Position numbers and translations under genes: made by a program
Part shown: positions 9,408-17,072 of the stretch, in pieces
Layout: every line of letters begins with the position of its first letter
Position numbering within the stretch: position 1 is the first letter of the stretch
The notes under the pieces: generated by a model
Seen by the model: only the letters and a program-made list of their open reading frames with translations
What the model was told of the DNA's origin: nothing
Databases searched by the model: none
From: Geobacterales bacterium
GTDB lineage: Bacteria; Desulfobacterota; Desulfuromonadia; Geobacterales; Pseudopelobacteraceae
Length of the DNA: 64,000 bases
NCBI GenBank assembly: GCA_038318485.1
Contig: JBBQCH010000001.1
Location: 3,434-67,433 of the forward strand
Reading direction: 5' to 3'

Positions 9408-10919
9408 TTACTTGATTCTGCTTCGGACAAAACCTCTAAAAAGTTCCAGATCATCATCATTGATGGCCTTAAACATAACTGAGCAGATGTAAAATACTCC
9501 GACTGATGCCGCCAACCCTGTTATCAGGGTTCCTATGCCCGAAATGAACGGCGCAATTATAATAGTGGTTGCCAATCCCTGTACAAGCGCCGCGGCAAGC
9601 GGACGTGACCATATTTCCGTGACGAAACTGAACAGGCCTATGTGCAGAATCCGCATATCCACCGTCACAAGATACAGTACGACCAATACAAAGTTCGCAA
9701 GATTTGCCAGTGCCGCCCCGGTAACCCCGTAACGGGGAATCAACAGAATACAGAGCAGGATGTTCAGAAGTGCGGAAAGTACCGAGAAAAAGGCGTTTAC
9801 CCGTGGCTTACCGATGCCGTCAAGAAGGAGGGCCGGGATGATCGAAAGCGAGACAAAAAAGGAGGAGATCGTCAGCAGTATCAGCACCAGACTGCCTTTG
9901 AGTGCATATTCGTTTCCCATCCAATACTTCATAACCTGACCGGAAAGTACAACCAACGGAGTAGTAATTGATATGGCGACTATAAACGCATATTTGCTGG
10001 CCTTAAGATAAAGCTCGCGCAGCTTCAACTTCTGACCGGTAGCATGCAGTTCGCTGCACAATGGAAATACGACACCCATGATGTTTGCGACAAAACCGTG
10101 AATCCTGAATGCAATGCTGGCTGGAACTGCATAATAGGCAACCTGGGCTGATCCTGAATACGTGCCGATCAAAATTCTGTCCAGCTGAAACTGTGTCGTT
10201 GTGGATATCATCACCAACAATGAAAAGGCGCCAAAGGTAAAAAGTTTTTTGAGTGTGGCAGAATCAATACTGAAGCGTAGCACAACAGTCGGAAGCATTT
10301 TTTTTACCACCGTTATATACAAACCAAGGCTGACCAGGCTTGAGAAAAAGTTGGCAATTACAACTTCGCGTAACCCGTATCCAAAATACAGCAGGACAAT
10401 GGTAGTAAATGTAAGCAGACTGCTGACCGAAACATTAATCCTGGTGGAGATATCATAGCGCTGCAGAGCCTTGGGGATGGCTGAAAACACCCCGAGAATC
10501 ATGTTCAGAACAAAACCAAATGCCGCGAGACGAAAGGCAAAGATAGAATCGGTGTGATATGCGGGAGGAATGTCGAGAATCCGTTGAACCATGCTGTTGG
10601 TAATCACAATGATAACCAGGCCACCGCCGATTCCGGTTATCAGATAGAGCAGCAACGATGAACCTATAATCTTACCGATTTCATCGATATCATCACGCAC
10701 ATAAGCTTCCGAGATATACTTGATCGAGGCGTTTGTTACACCCAGATCGAGAAAGGCAAAAAAACCGAGGACCGAGATAACCAGCACCAGTACCCCGTAG
10801 ACATCATTTCCCATTTTATGCACGATATACGGCATACTGACGAGAGCAAGCAGTATCGGCCAGGCAAAGCCGATAATTCCTGATAGCGCGTTTTTGATTG
10901 TCTTATTGGCTAACGTCAT
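9408..10919 (-). CDS. wzx: polysaccharide flippase, MOP/Wzx family
   Basis: 503 aa with about 12-14 hydrophobic helices. The N-terminus LSGIIGFAWPILLALVSMPYIVHKMGNDVYGV is typical of RfbX/Wzx. Confidence 0.75.
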   Translation of the reverse strand: MTLANKTIKNALSGIIGFAWPILLALVSMPYIVHKMGNDVYGVLVLVISVLGFFAFLDLGVTNASIKYISEAYVRDDIDEIGKIIGSSLLLYLITGIGGGLVIIVITNSMVQRILDIPPAYHTDSIFAFRLAAFGFVLNMILGVFSAIPKALQRYDISTRINVSVSSLLTFTTIVLLYFGYGLREVVIANFFSSLVSLGLYITVVKKMLPTVVLRFSIDSATLKKLFTFGAFSLLVMISTTTQFQLDRILIGTYSGSAQVAYYAVPASIAFRIHGFVANIMGVVFPLCSELHATGQKLKLRELYLKASKYAFIVAISITTPLVVLSGQVMKYWMGNEYALKGSLVLILLTISSFFVSLSIIPALLLDGIGKPRVNAFFSVLSALLNILLCILLIPRYGVTGAALANLANFVLVVLYLVTVDMRILHIGLFSFVTEIWSRPLAAALVQGLATTIIIAPFISGIGTLITGLAASVGVFYICSVMFKAINDDDLELFRGFVRSRIK

Positions 10920-10983
10920 TGATATCCTGGCACTATTAAAACATTGTCAACGGTTTAAATGTAACTTTTTAAAATTTGAGAAT

Positions 10984-11592
10984 TTACTCTGAAGCACCAG
11001 CAACCCGAATCATGTCACCTGCCACGCCCAGACCAAGGAGTAGCTGTTTAAGTTCATCCCGCCGTTTGAGCGAGGTGATGATCAGCGGAACGTTCGCCGA
11101 ACGTATTCCATCCACCAAAGACACAACCGGAACTCCAAAGAAGTGACTGCCCTGATGTCCATCATCCATAACGGCCACCAATTCAAGACCGGTTTCCCTA
11201 AGCGACAGATAGGCCACTTCTGCAACTTCATCCACCCCGCAGAAAACTACTTCATGCACGCCGAATTCCTCCAGTTGACGGAACAGATCACGATAATCTT
11301 GCCTGGCAACAGTGTAGAGGCTGGTAAAATAGCTGAGATGCTGGTAGGCCAGCCTGCTTTTTTCGGCCAACCCCTGAGGAGTAAGCAGATAGGCGTAACG
11401 GTTGCTGGGAAAGTTTTTAACCCGTACGAACCCTTTTGAGACCAGGTTTTTCAGATAGGAATTGACCAGGCCGACAGCAATGCCGAGACGACGGGAGAGT
11501 TCACGTTGTGAAAGCGGCTCTTCGCCGCTGATCTCGGACAGAAGCTGGAGAGAGCGGGACGAATCTAGCGGTTTTTCGATCAGATCGTTCAT
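10984..11592 (-). CDS. MarR-type EPS-associated transcriptional regulator
   Basis: The winged-helix segment LSQRELSRRLGIAVGLVNSYLKNLVSKGFVRVKN is followed by a C-terminal extension. This architecture is described for the MarR family EPS-associated regulators found in exosortase loci. Confidence 0.7.
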   Translation of the reverse strand: MNDLIEKPLDSSRSLQLLSEISGEEPLSQRELSRRLGIAVGLVNSYLKNLVSKGFVRVKNFPSNRYAYLLTPQGLAEKSRLAYQHLSYFTSLYTVARQDYRDLFRQLEEFGVHEVVFCGVDEVAEVAYLSLRETGLELVAVMDDGHQGSHFFGVPVVSLVDGIRSANVPLIITSLKRRDELKQLLLGLGVAGDMIRVAGASE

Positions 11593-11781
11593 ATTTTGAA
11601 CAATAGTACAGGAGAAAAGAATAACGCAAGCAGTTTGTTCATTTCATGAACGACTATGGCAGAAACATGAAAGCATAATTAGCAGGTTATAAGCCTCAAC
11701 TTCTCAACAACCCAAAAGTTCAATATACTTGACAATCCCGGGTCAAACCATTGCAACCTGGGCTTAACGGAACAAGGACAA

Positions 11782-12285
11782 ATGCCCCCAAAAAAACGCA
11801 TCGACAACATGACCAAAGACAGACTGTTGCTGAGGCTGCCACTGGTCGTAATGCTGATCATCAAGATCAATATGTCCCGTTACTTCAAAATTGTCGCCAC
11901 CTTGCACGCCTCCGGCATAACTGCTGATAAAACCTTCACAATCGACGCGGACGTCATCAGTAACAGAATCATCGCAGCAAAAATGTCGTCCATTGCCAGA
12001 GTCATTGTAAACGGTGAGAGTATTTCGGATGCCATGCGGTAAACCGGGTTAATCCGGCCTTTGGTGGTTGACATGTTGTCGATTGCTGAGAAGACCGGCA
12101 CCATGAAGGAGACTCTGGGCCGAGCCAGCGACATACTTGACAAGGAAGTACCGGAAACCATCAAGAAGGTTTTTGCCTACGCCGAACCACTTACCATGGT
12201 AGTTCTGGGCGGCATGGTATTGTTACTGCTGTTGTCGGTTTTCCTGCCGATCTACAAGTCTGTAGGACAGGTAAAAATTCGATGA
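11782..12285 (+). pseudogene. GspF/PilC (T2SS-F domain) 3' fragment with an in-frame TAA
   Basis: Only the second T2SSF domain is present (LLLRLPLV...LHASGI...GESISDAMR * ...VVDMLSIAEKTGTMKETL...LPIYKSVGQV). A TAA stop at 12040-12042 lies in the same frame. The roughly 230 N-terminal residues of a normal PilC are absent. Confidence 0.7.
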
Positions 12286-12461
12286 GAGAAAAAGCCTTTA
12301 CACTGATTGAGGTTATGGTAGTTATGGCTATCATCACAATATTGGCAGGAATGATGATGCCGGCTGTCTGGAAGTTATTGCAAGTAGCAAAATCGCGTCA
12401 GATTAAATTTGACATTGTACCAGTACCAACCATTGTTACTCTTGGAGGATGCCCAACATGA
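12282..12461 (+). CDS. 59-codon prepilin-type N-terminal domain ORF (truncated pseudopilin?)
   Basis: This ORF is below the ORF-track cutoff. It reads MREKAFTLIEVMVVMAIITILAGMMMPAVW..., the class III signal/methylation motif, but with Ala instead of Gly before FTLIE. Its ATG overlaps the pilC-fragment stop (ATGA), and its end overlaps the crcB start. Confidence 0.5.
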   Translation: MREKAFTLIEVMVVMAIITILAGMMMPAVWKLLQVAKSRQIKFDIVPVPTIVTLGGCPT

Positions 12462-12832
12462 AGACGGCCGCAACAATCGCCCTGTTCTGCGCCGGTGGAG
12501 GACTTACCCGCTATTACCTTTCAGGCTGGATTTACAGTCTGCTTGGAAGAGCGTTCCCATATGGCACCCTGGCAGTCAATATCACTGGTGCTTACCTGAT
12601 AGGTTTTATCATGGAGCTGGGCATGCGTAGCACTGTCATTCCCGACTCTCTGCGTATTGGCCTGACAGTAGGTTTTATGGGCGGTTTAACTACCTTTTCG
12701 ACCTTCAGCTATGAAACATTTAAATTATTGGATGAGGGCCAACTGGTTTTTGCTTTTGCAAATATTGCAGTGAGTGTATTGGCCTGCCTATTGTTCACCT
12801 GGCTGGGCATTATCACCGTTCGAGCGTTCTAA
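12458..12832 (+). CDS. crcB: fluoride ion channel CrcB/FluC
   Basis: Contains GGLTRYYLSGW...YGTLAVNITGAYLIGF...GFMGGLTTFSTFSYE. GGAGG lies 9 nt upstream of the ATG at 12458. Confidence 0.85.
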   Translation: MKTAATIALFCAGGGLTRYYLSGWIYSLLGRAFPYGTLAVNITGAYLIGFIMELGMRSTVIPDSLRIGLTVGFMGGLTTFSTFSYETFKLLDEGQLVFAFANIAVSVLACLLFTWLGIITVRAF

Positions 12833-13017
12833 AACAGCGAGCCTGAAAATAACCCTAAAAGATCTAGTACCACGTAACATTTATAAGTTCGGATAAAGTC
12901 GCGTCAGCTTGACACGAGCATCCGATGTAGTGAACAGCCAATTGATTTTCCTTGTACGGTTATTTCTTTTTTTTTGCCATCTTATTCCGGCACTATTCCT
13001 GCTGTTGATCTTTTTCA

Positions 13018-13674
13018 TTGCCCGTCCCGGCTTTCTGCTCTTTTCGACCAAAGGCAGTGCAACGCAGCCGTTTCCGCATCAACGGCAGCATCAACGACAA
13101 CCTTCTGATAGGTTTCAAAATCTCGGCGGCAAGGGGATTGCTGGCCTTTATCAGCGTATCACTGATCTTCAGCCTTGCCACCGGCCGTTTTCATCCCGGC
13201 CTGTACGGACAGCCGGGGGCACATCTGGATTACTTGTGGAGCTTTCTGGAAATGGGACTGGTGGGGTGGATTTCGGTTATCATCGGGGGGTGCCCCTTCC
13301 GGCAGTTGATCAAGGCTGGAGAAGGTGATGCTGATGCCGGACTGGTCGTGATCGGAATGTTTATCGGCGGCTCACTGGCCCAGTCTAGTGGGATCGCGGC
13401 AACGGCAGCCGGCGTTTTTCTTTACGGAAAGGTCTCGATCCTGCAGGGCTTCGCACTGATCGCCTCAGCCAGCATTTTTTCCGGCAAAGAAGCACGTAGG
13501 GGCGCATTGCATGCGCCCATTTCCGGTATCCCATCAATCTATCACAAATCCTCACCGGTGGTCGTCATAACCAGCTTGCCATGTTTAACCCCTTTGACGC
13601 CGATCAACTCATATGCAATCTGCTTGATAACTTGCACCGTACCTCTAATAACAAGGACCTCCAAACAGTTATGA
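13018..13674 (+). CDS. YedE/YeeE-like (sulfur/selenium transport family) membrane protein, possibly truncated or decayed
   Basis: [29 protein letters not shown] resembles the GCPxRQ...GEG motif of YedE-family proteins. Only about one half-domain is present. The frame upstream is broken, and the ORF runs about 130 nt into convergent nikR. Confidence 0.4.
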   Translation: MPVPAFCSFRPKAVQRSRFRINGSINDNLLIGFKISAARGLLAFISVSLIFSLATGRFHPGLYGQPGAHLDYLWSFLEMGLVGWISVIIGGCPFRQLIKAGEGDADAGLVVIGMFIGGSLAQSSGIAATAAGVFLYGKVSILQGFALIASASIFSGKEARRGALHAPISGIPSIYHKSSPVVVITSLPCLTPLTPINSYAICLITCTVPLITRTSKQL

Positions 13675-13958
13675 GCATCCAAATGGACGTGCAGGGCAGA
13701 GATTATCTGGTCGTGATAGCCATGCTGGTGTTCCGTCAGTTTGTCGGACAGGTCTCGGACATGATGGTTGTAAACCAGAGTAACCGTACCGACCGCCTCC
13801 TGATTTTCCGAGCCGCAGCGTTCTTCGATCAGTGAAGCCCGGATCAAGTCTCTGATCGCCTCAGATCGGTTCAGGTAGCTTTTCTGCTCGATCAGCTGAT
13901 CAAAATTCTGCAACAGTTTTTCGTCAAGCGAAATTCCGAATCTTACCGTTATACCCAT
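13542..13958 (-). CDS. nikR: nickel-responsive regulator NikR
   Basis: 138 aa with an N-terminal ribbon-helix-helix ([35 protein letters not shown]) and a C-terminal metal-binding domain with His/Cys (HHVRD...HQHGYH...[14 protein letters not shown]). Confidence 0.9.
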   Translation of the reverse strand: MGITVRFGISLDEKLLQNFDQLIEQKSYLNRSEAIRDLIRASLIEERCGSENQEAVGTVTLVYNHHVRDLSDKLTEHQHGYHDQIISALHVHLDAHNCLEVLVIRGTVQVIKQIAYELIGVKGVKHGKLVMTTTGEDL

Positions 13959-13982
13959 AATCGACTCCTGACGGGATAATTT

Positions 13983-13999
13983 ATCTGATAGATTCAGAT
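13983..13999. promoter_or_regulatory. inverted repeat ATCTGA-N5-TCAGAT upstream of nikR (candidate operator)
   Basis: Perfect 6-bp arms lie 25-40 nt upstream of the nikR start codon. Confidence 0.3.
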
Positions 14000-14150
14000 C
14001 TATACCATGCTACCAAATCCTGAGCAAGTTGTACCTCCGTTCATTATCCGCTGAACAAAGTTACCAACATTTAGATAGACTTTATTTTAATTTTTATTTA
14101 GTTTCGCCAATAGTTTTCATATCACCCACAACACGGACGGTAATGACTAA

Positions 14151-14834
14151 ATGAAACCAACCCTGCCCCGCGTCCTTCCCTTTGCTGTTTTCATGGCGTT
14201 CATTGGCGTTGGCGAGTTATTGCGCACTCTAATTGAGCACGGTTTCATCGGACTGGATCCAACAGCGCTATATTATATTTATCCTGTAAAAACCGTTGTT
14301 GTCGGCTGTCTGCTTTATAGGTACAGGAAAGTATATAACGAAATAAGCTTTAAAGAACTGTCAACAATACCGACAACCCTGGCAGTTTTTTGTGTGGGTG
14401 TGCTGGTATTCGCACTCTGGATCCAGATGGACTGGACATTGGGAACATCCGCGACGCCAACCGGGTTCAACCCGGCATTATTCACGAACAAGACTGTACA
14501 GATTGTCATGACATTTTTCAGGATTGCCGGAGCGGTACTGGTTGTGCCGCTGATGGAAGAGCTTTTCTGGCGTTCATTCCTGATCCGCTATATCATCGAC
14601 AACAATTTCATTAAAGTTCCGATTGGAACATTCACCTGGGCCTCCTTCCTTCTGACCATCGCATTGTTCGGAGCCGAGCACAACTACATCTACGCCGGTG
14701 TCATGGCTGGAGTCGTGTACAACCTGATTCTCTACAAAACCCGTAGCCTGACCCAGTGCGTACTGGCCCACGCCGTCACCAACCTGGCCCTTGCTATATA
14801 TGTAATTACAACAGGTAAGTGGCAATTTTGGTAA
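14151..14834 (+). CDS. CPBP/CAAX-type intramembrane protease, PEP-CTERM-locus type
   Basis: Polytopic protein with the MEELFWRSF (EExxxR) and FGAEH...LAHAVTNLAL motifs. Its neighbourhood matches the CAAX prenyl protease-related family described for exosortase loci. Confidence 0.75.
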   Translation: MKPTLPRVLPFAVFMAFIGVGELLRTLIEHGFIGLDPTALYYIYPVKTVVVGCLLYRYRKVYNEISFKELSTIPTTLAVFCVGVLVFALWIQMDWTLGTSATPTGFNPALFTNKTVQIVMTFFRIAGAVLVVPLMEELFWRSFLIRYIIDNNFIKVPIGTFTWASFLLTIALFGAEHNYIYAGVMAGVVYNLILYKTRSLTQCVLAHAVTNLALAIYVITTGKWQFW

Positions 14835-15015
14835 AAATGAATGAAATTTTATCAAAATAATGTCGGCCATTTGATGATTTTACCGCAGTATCAGCAAGTT
14901 GGCTTATACATACAGATTGACTTTTAAAGTAATTTGTGGTGTTACACTTAAACAGTATGACGAGTTGAGCTCGGTCATCCATATACATTTGATATCCAGG
15001 CCTCTGGAGGAACCA

Positions 15016-15690
15016 ATGTTTGAATTTAAAAAGTTATCACATAACGACCCGTTACTTGAAGAAGTCTACAAACTGCGCTACAAGGTCTATTGTGATGAGT
15101 GGGGATTTGAGCGACCTGAGGATCACCCCGGAGGAATCGAGCGGGATGAGTTCGACGCACATTCGGTCCATTTTGCTGCGATAAGAAAAGAGGACCAAAA
15201 ACTGATTGGAACTACACGAATAATTTTACAATCCGAGTCAGGTTTCCCAATTGAAGAACATTGTTGCATAAACGAAGATATTTTGAAATCCGACAAAGCG
15301 CTCTGGGGTGAAATTTCACGTTTGGCGGTTTCCAAGGAATTTCGTAAAAGAGCTGGCGACGATTCCATTTACAAGCATGAGGATCCGCAAACTAACAATG
15401 TAAACAATCCTTTTAAGGAAAAGCGAAAGAATGAAAACCAGATAGTTATCGGTTTATACCGCTGCATTTATCATGAAAGCCTGGAGAGAGGACTGACCCA
15501 TCTCTACGCAGTCATGGCCAAAGGTCTTTTTCTTTTGCTAAACAGAATTGGTATTTGCTTTATTCAGGTTGGACCAGGAATTGAGTATCACGGATTAAGG
15601 ACACCCTACATTTGCTGTATTCAGGAAATTATGGATAACTTTTCCAGGATCAATAACAATCTTTACCAATGCTTCGTCGAAAAGGATTAA
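15016..15690 (+). CDS. PEP-CTERM/exosortase-associated acyltransferase (N-acyl amino acid synthase-like, LuxI-related fold), copy 1
   Basis: GGAGGA lies 7 nt upstream of the ATG. Motifs are VYKLRYKVYCDEWGFE...DEFDAHSVHFAA...EISRLAVSKEFRKRA. Confidence 0.75.
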   Translation: MFEFKKLSHNDPLLEEVYKLRYKVYCDEWGFERPEDHPGGIERDEFDAHSVHFAAIRKEDQKLIGTTRIILQSESGFPIEEHCCINEDILKSDKALWGEISRLAVSKEFRKRAGDDSIYKHEDPQTNNVNNPFKEKRKNENQIVIGLYRCIYHESLERGLTHLYAVMAKGLFLLLNRIGICFIQVGPGIEYHGLRTPYICCIQEIMDNFSRINNNLYQCFVEKD

Positions 15691-15788
15691 AAACTCAAAA
15701 AACAGTATATTCACCACCAACTACCCAAATGAATAGCGAAGAAAGGCGGTTCTGAGGGATTTTGGGGTCCCAATAAAAAAAAGTATAA

Positions 15789-15823
15789 AATCACTTGATT
15801 CCAGATACACTTCAGTATATAAA
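15789..15823 (+). promoter_or_regulatory. candidate promoter with palindromic operator (AATCAcTTGATT overlapping -35 TTGATT; TATATAAA -10 region)
   Basis: TTGATT, a 17-nt spacer, then TATAAA. The same palindrome type and the same TATATAAA recur upstream of the second riboswitch copy at 40185-40225. Confidence 0.4.
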
Positions 15824-15851
15824 GGCCGCTATTAAACATAAAATGATAGTC

Positions 15852-15965
15852 GAGAATACTAAACCATTCGTAAGGATGGGACGGAAAGCCTACGGGTCTT
15901 AACGAGACAGCCGGGTCGCCGAAATATCTAAACAGATATAAGGCACCCGGTTTTTGCGTTTTCTG
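15852..15965 (+). promoter_or_regulatory. GEMM-I-type cyclic-dinucleotide riboswitch with intrinsic terminator (copy A)
   Basis: AAACCAUUC-GUAA-GGAUGGGACGGAAAGCCUACGGGUCU...AGACAGCCGGGUCGCCGA aligns closely to the Vc2 c-di-GMP-I aptamer. It has a GNRA-capped P1a, a P1b hairpin and a P1 stem (AGAAUA/UAUCU). The terminator CCGGGUCGCC/GGCACCCGG plus a U-tract shares its 5' arm with the aptamer. Confidence 0.8.
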
Positions 15966-16034
15966 AATGGCAATCAAGCCAACGGAAAAGTGCAAAACAA
16001 TTTGTCTTACAAAAGAAAGACGGAGGTAATCGTT

Positions 16035-16832
16035 ATGTCCAAAACGATGATGAATTTGGAGCGCAGAACGCCAGTCGTGAGTAATCTTGAAATGCAGGAC
16101 AGCTTTAATAGCAGGTATGCTGTAATTACTGCCGACACACTAGCACTGCAGGAACAGGCCTATAAATTGCGCTACCAGGTTTACTGCAAAGAAAGAAACT
16201 TCGAAAACCCGGATGCCCACCCACTGGAACAGGAGATAGATGAGTTTGATGCCCGCTCCGTCCATTCCGTTATCATTGATCGTCCCACTCGAGCAGTAAC
16301 CGCAACTGTAAGATTGATTCTGCCGAATCCGGATGGCTTTGAAAAAAGCTTTCCGATTCAAGGAGTCTGCAGTCACCCGATGCTTCGTAGCCATAAGCTC
16401 TTACATTCAGCACGATCAGCCGAAATTTCACGGTTTGCAGTTTCAAAGGAATTCAGCCGCAGGGCAACTGACAGTCACCAGTCCCGACAACGCATTGATC
16501 CTCGCAGCGAAAATCAGGCATCCATGCCGAACATCACACTGGGACTGATGAATGGTATCGTACGGATGAGCGTAGAGCATGGAGTTTCCGAGTGGTTTGC
16601 GGTCATGGAACCCACACTGTTACGCCTGTTGGCTCGCTTCGGCATCTATTTTTCACCCATCGGACCAATGGTTGACTATCACGGCATGCGCCAACCGTGT
16701 TACTCCAATATGCATAAACTGCTGGACAGAGTCCATAAAGAACGCATAGATGTTTGGGAGATCATTACTGATAACGGAAGACTGCTGGACGGTGAAGATC
16801 ATCAGTATCCTTCACTACGCTTTATCAATTAG
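16035..16832 (+). CDS. PEP-CTERM/exosortase-associated acyltransferase (N-acyl amino acid synthase-like), copy 2
   Basis: GGAGG lies upstream of the ATG at 16035. Motifs are AYKLRYQVYCKERNFE...DEFDARSVHSVI...EISRFAVSKEFSRRA, and it is a paralog of copy 1. Confidence 0.75.
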   Translation: MSKTMMNLERRTPVVSNLEMQDSFNSRYAVITADTLALQEQAYKLRYQVYCKERNFENPDAHPLEQEIDEFDARSVHSVIIDRPTRAVTATVRLILPNPDGFEKSFPIQGVCSHPMLRSHKLLHSARSAEISRFAVSKEFSRRATDSHQSRQRIDPRSENQASMPNITLGLMNGIVRMSVEHGVSEWFAVMEPTLLRLLARFGIYFSPIGPMVDYHGMRQPCYSNMHKLLDRVHKERIDVWEIITDNGRLLDGEDHQYPSLRFIN

Positions 16833-16841
16833 CAGTATTAA

Positions 16842-16870
16842 GGGGGCTCTAAATAAGACTTGGAGCCCCC
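16842..16870 (+). terminator. GC-rich hairpin after acyltransferase copy 2 (weak U-tract)
   Basis: GGGGGCUC-N13-GAGCCCCC starts 10 nt after the stop codon. The downstream sequence is only moderately T-rich. Confidence 0.4.
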
Positions 16871-17072
16871 CTGCACTTTATCATTTCACTATCAGAAGCA
16901 TGCACCTTGCCATCTTAAAAACCATATAATTTGTTTTATAGCACTCCCTGCTAAATCAATTAATGAGCTAAATTTTTTTCTAATTTCCCGGCAAGTTCAG
17001 CTTGTAACACATTTATTACTGAACTGTTCACTATTCAGTTTAACGTACTTACTTTTATGGTATAGTAATCAA

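Noticed and set aside
12285-12457. Fluoride (crcB-motif) riboswitch expected upstream of crcB
   Set aside because: I read the region and could not find the conserved crcB-motif core. The space is occupied by the prepilin-like ORF.
12909-13328. 139-codon ORF upstream of and overlapping the YedE-like frame
   Set aside because: The hydrophobic start could be the displaced N-terminus of the YedE-like gene. The remainder ([17 protein letters not shown]...) is non-protein-like out-of-frame sequence, so I treated it as part of a decayed gene rather than a separate CDS.
15711-15995. 94-codon minus-strand ORF spanning the acyltransferase intergenic region
   Set aside because: It lies antisense to the riboswitch, promoter and terminator. 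It has no RBS or recognisable protein features, and the region is better explained as a structured leader RNA.
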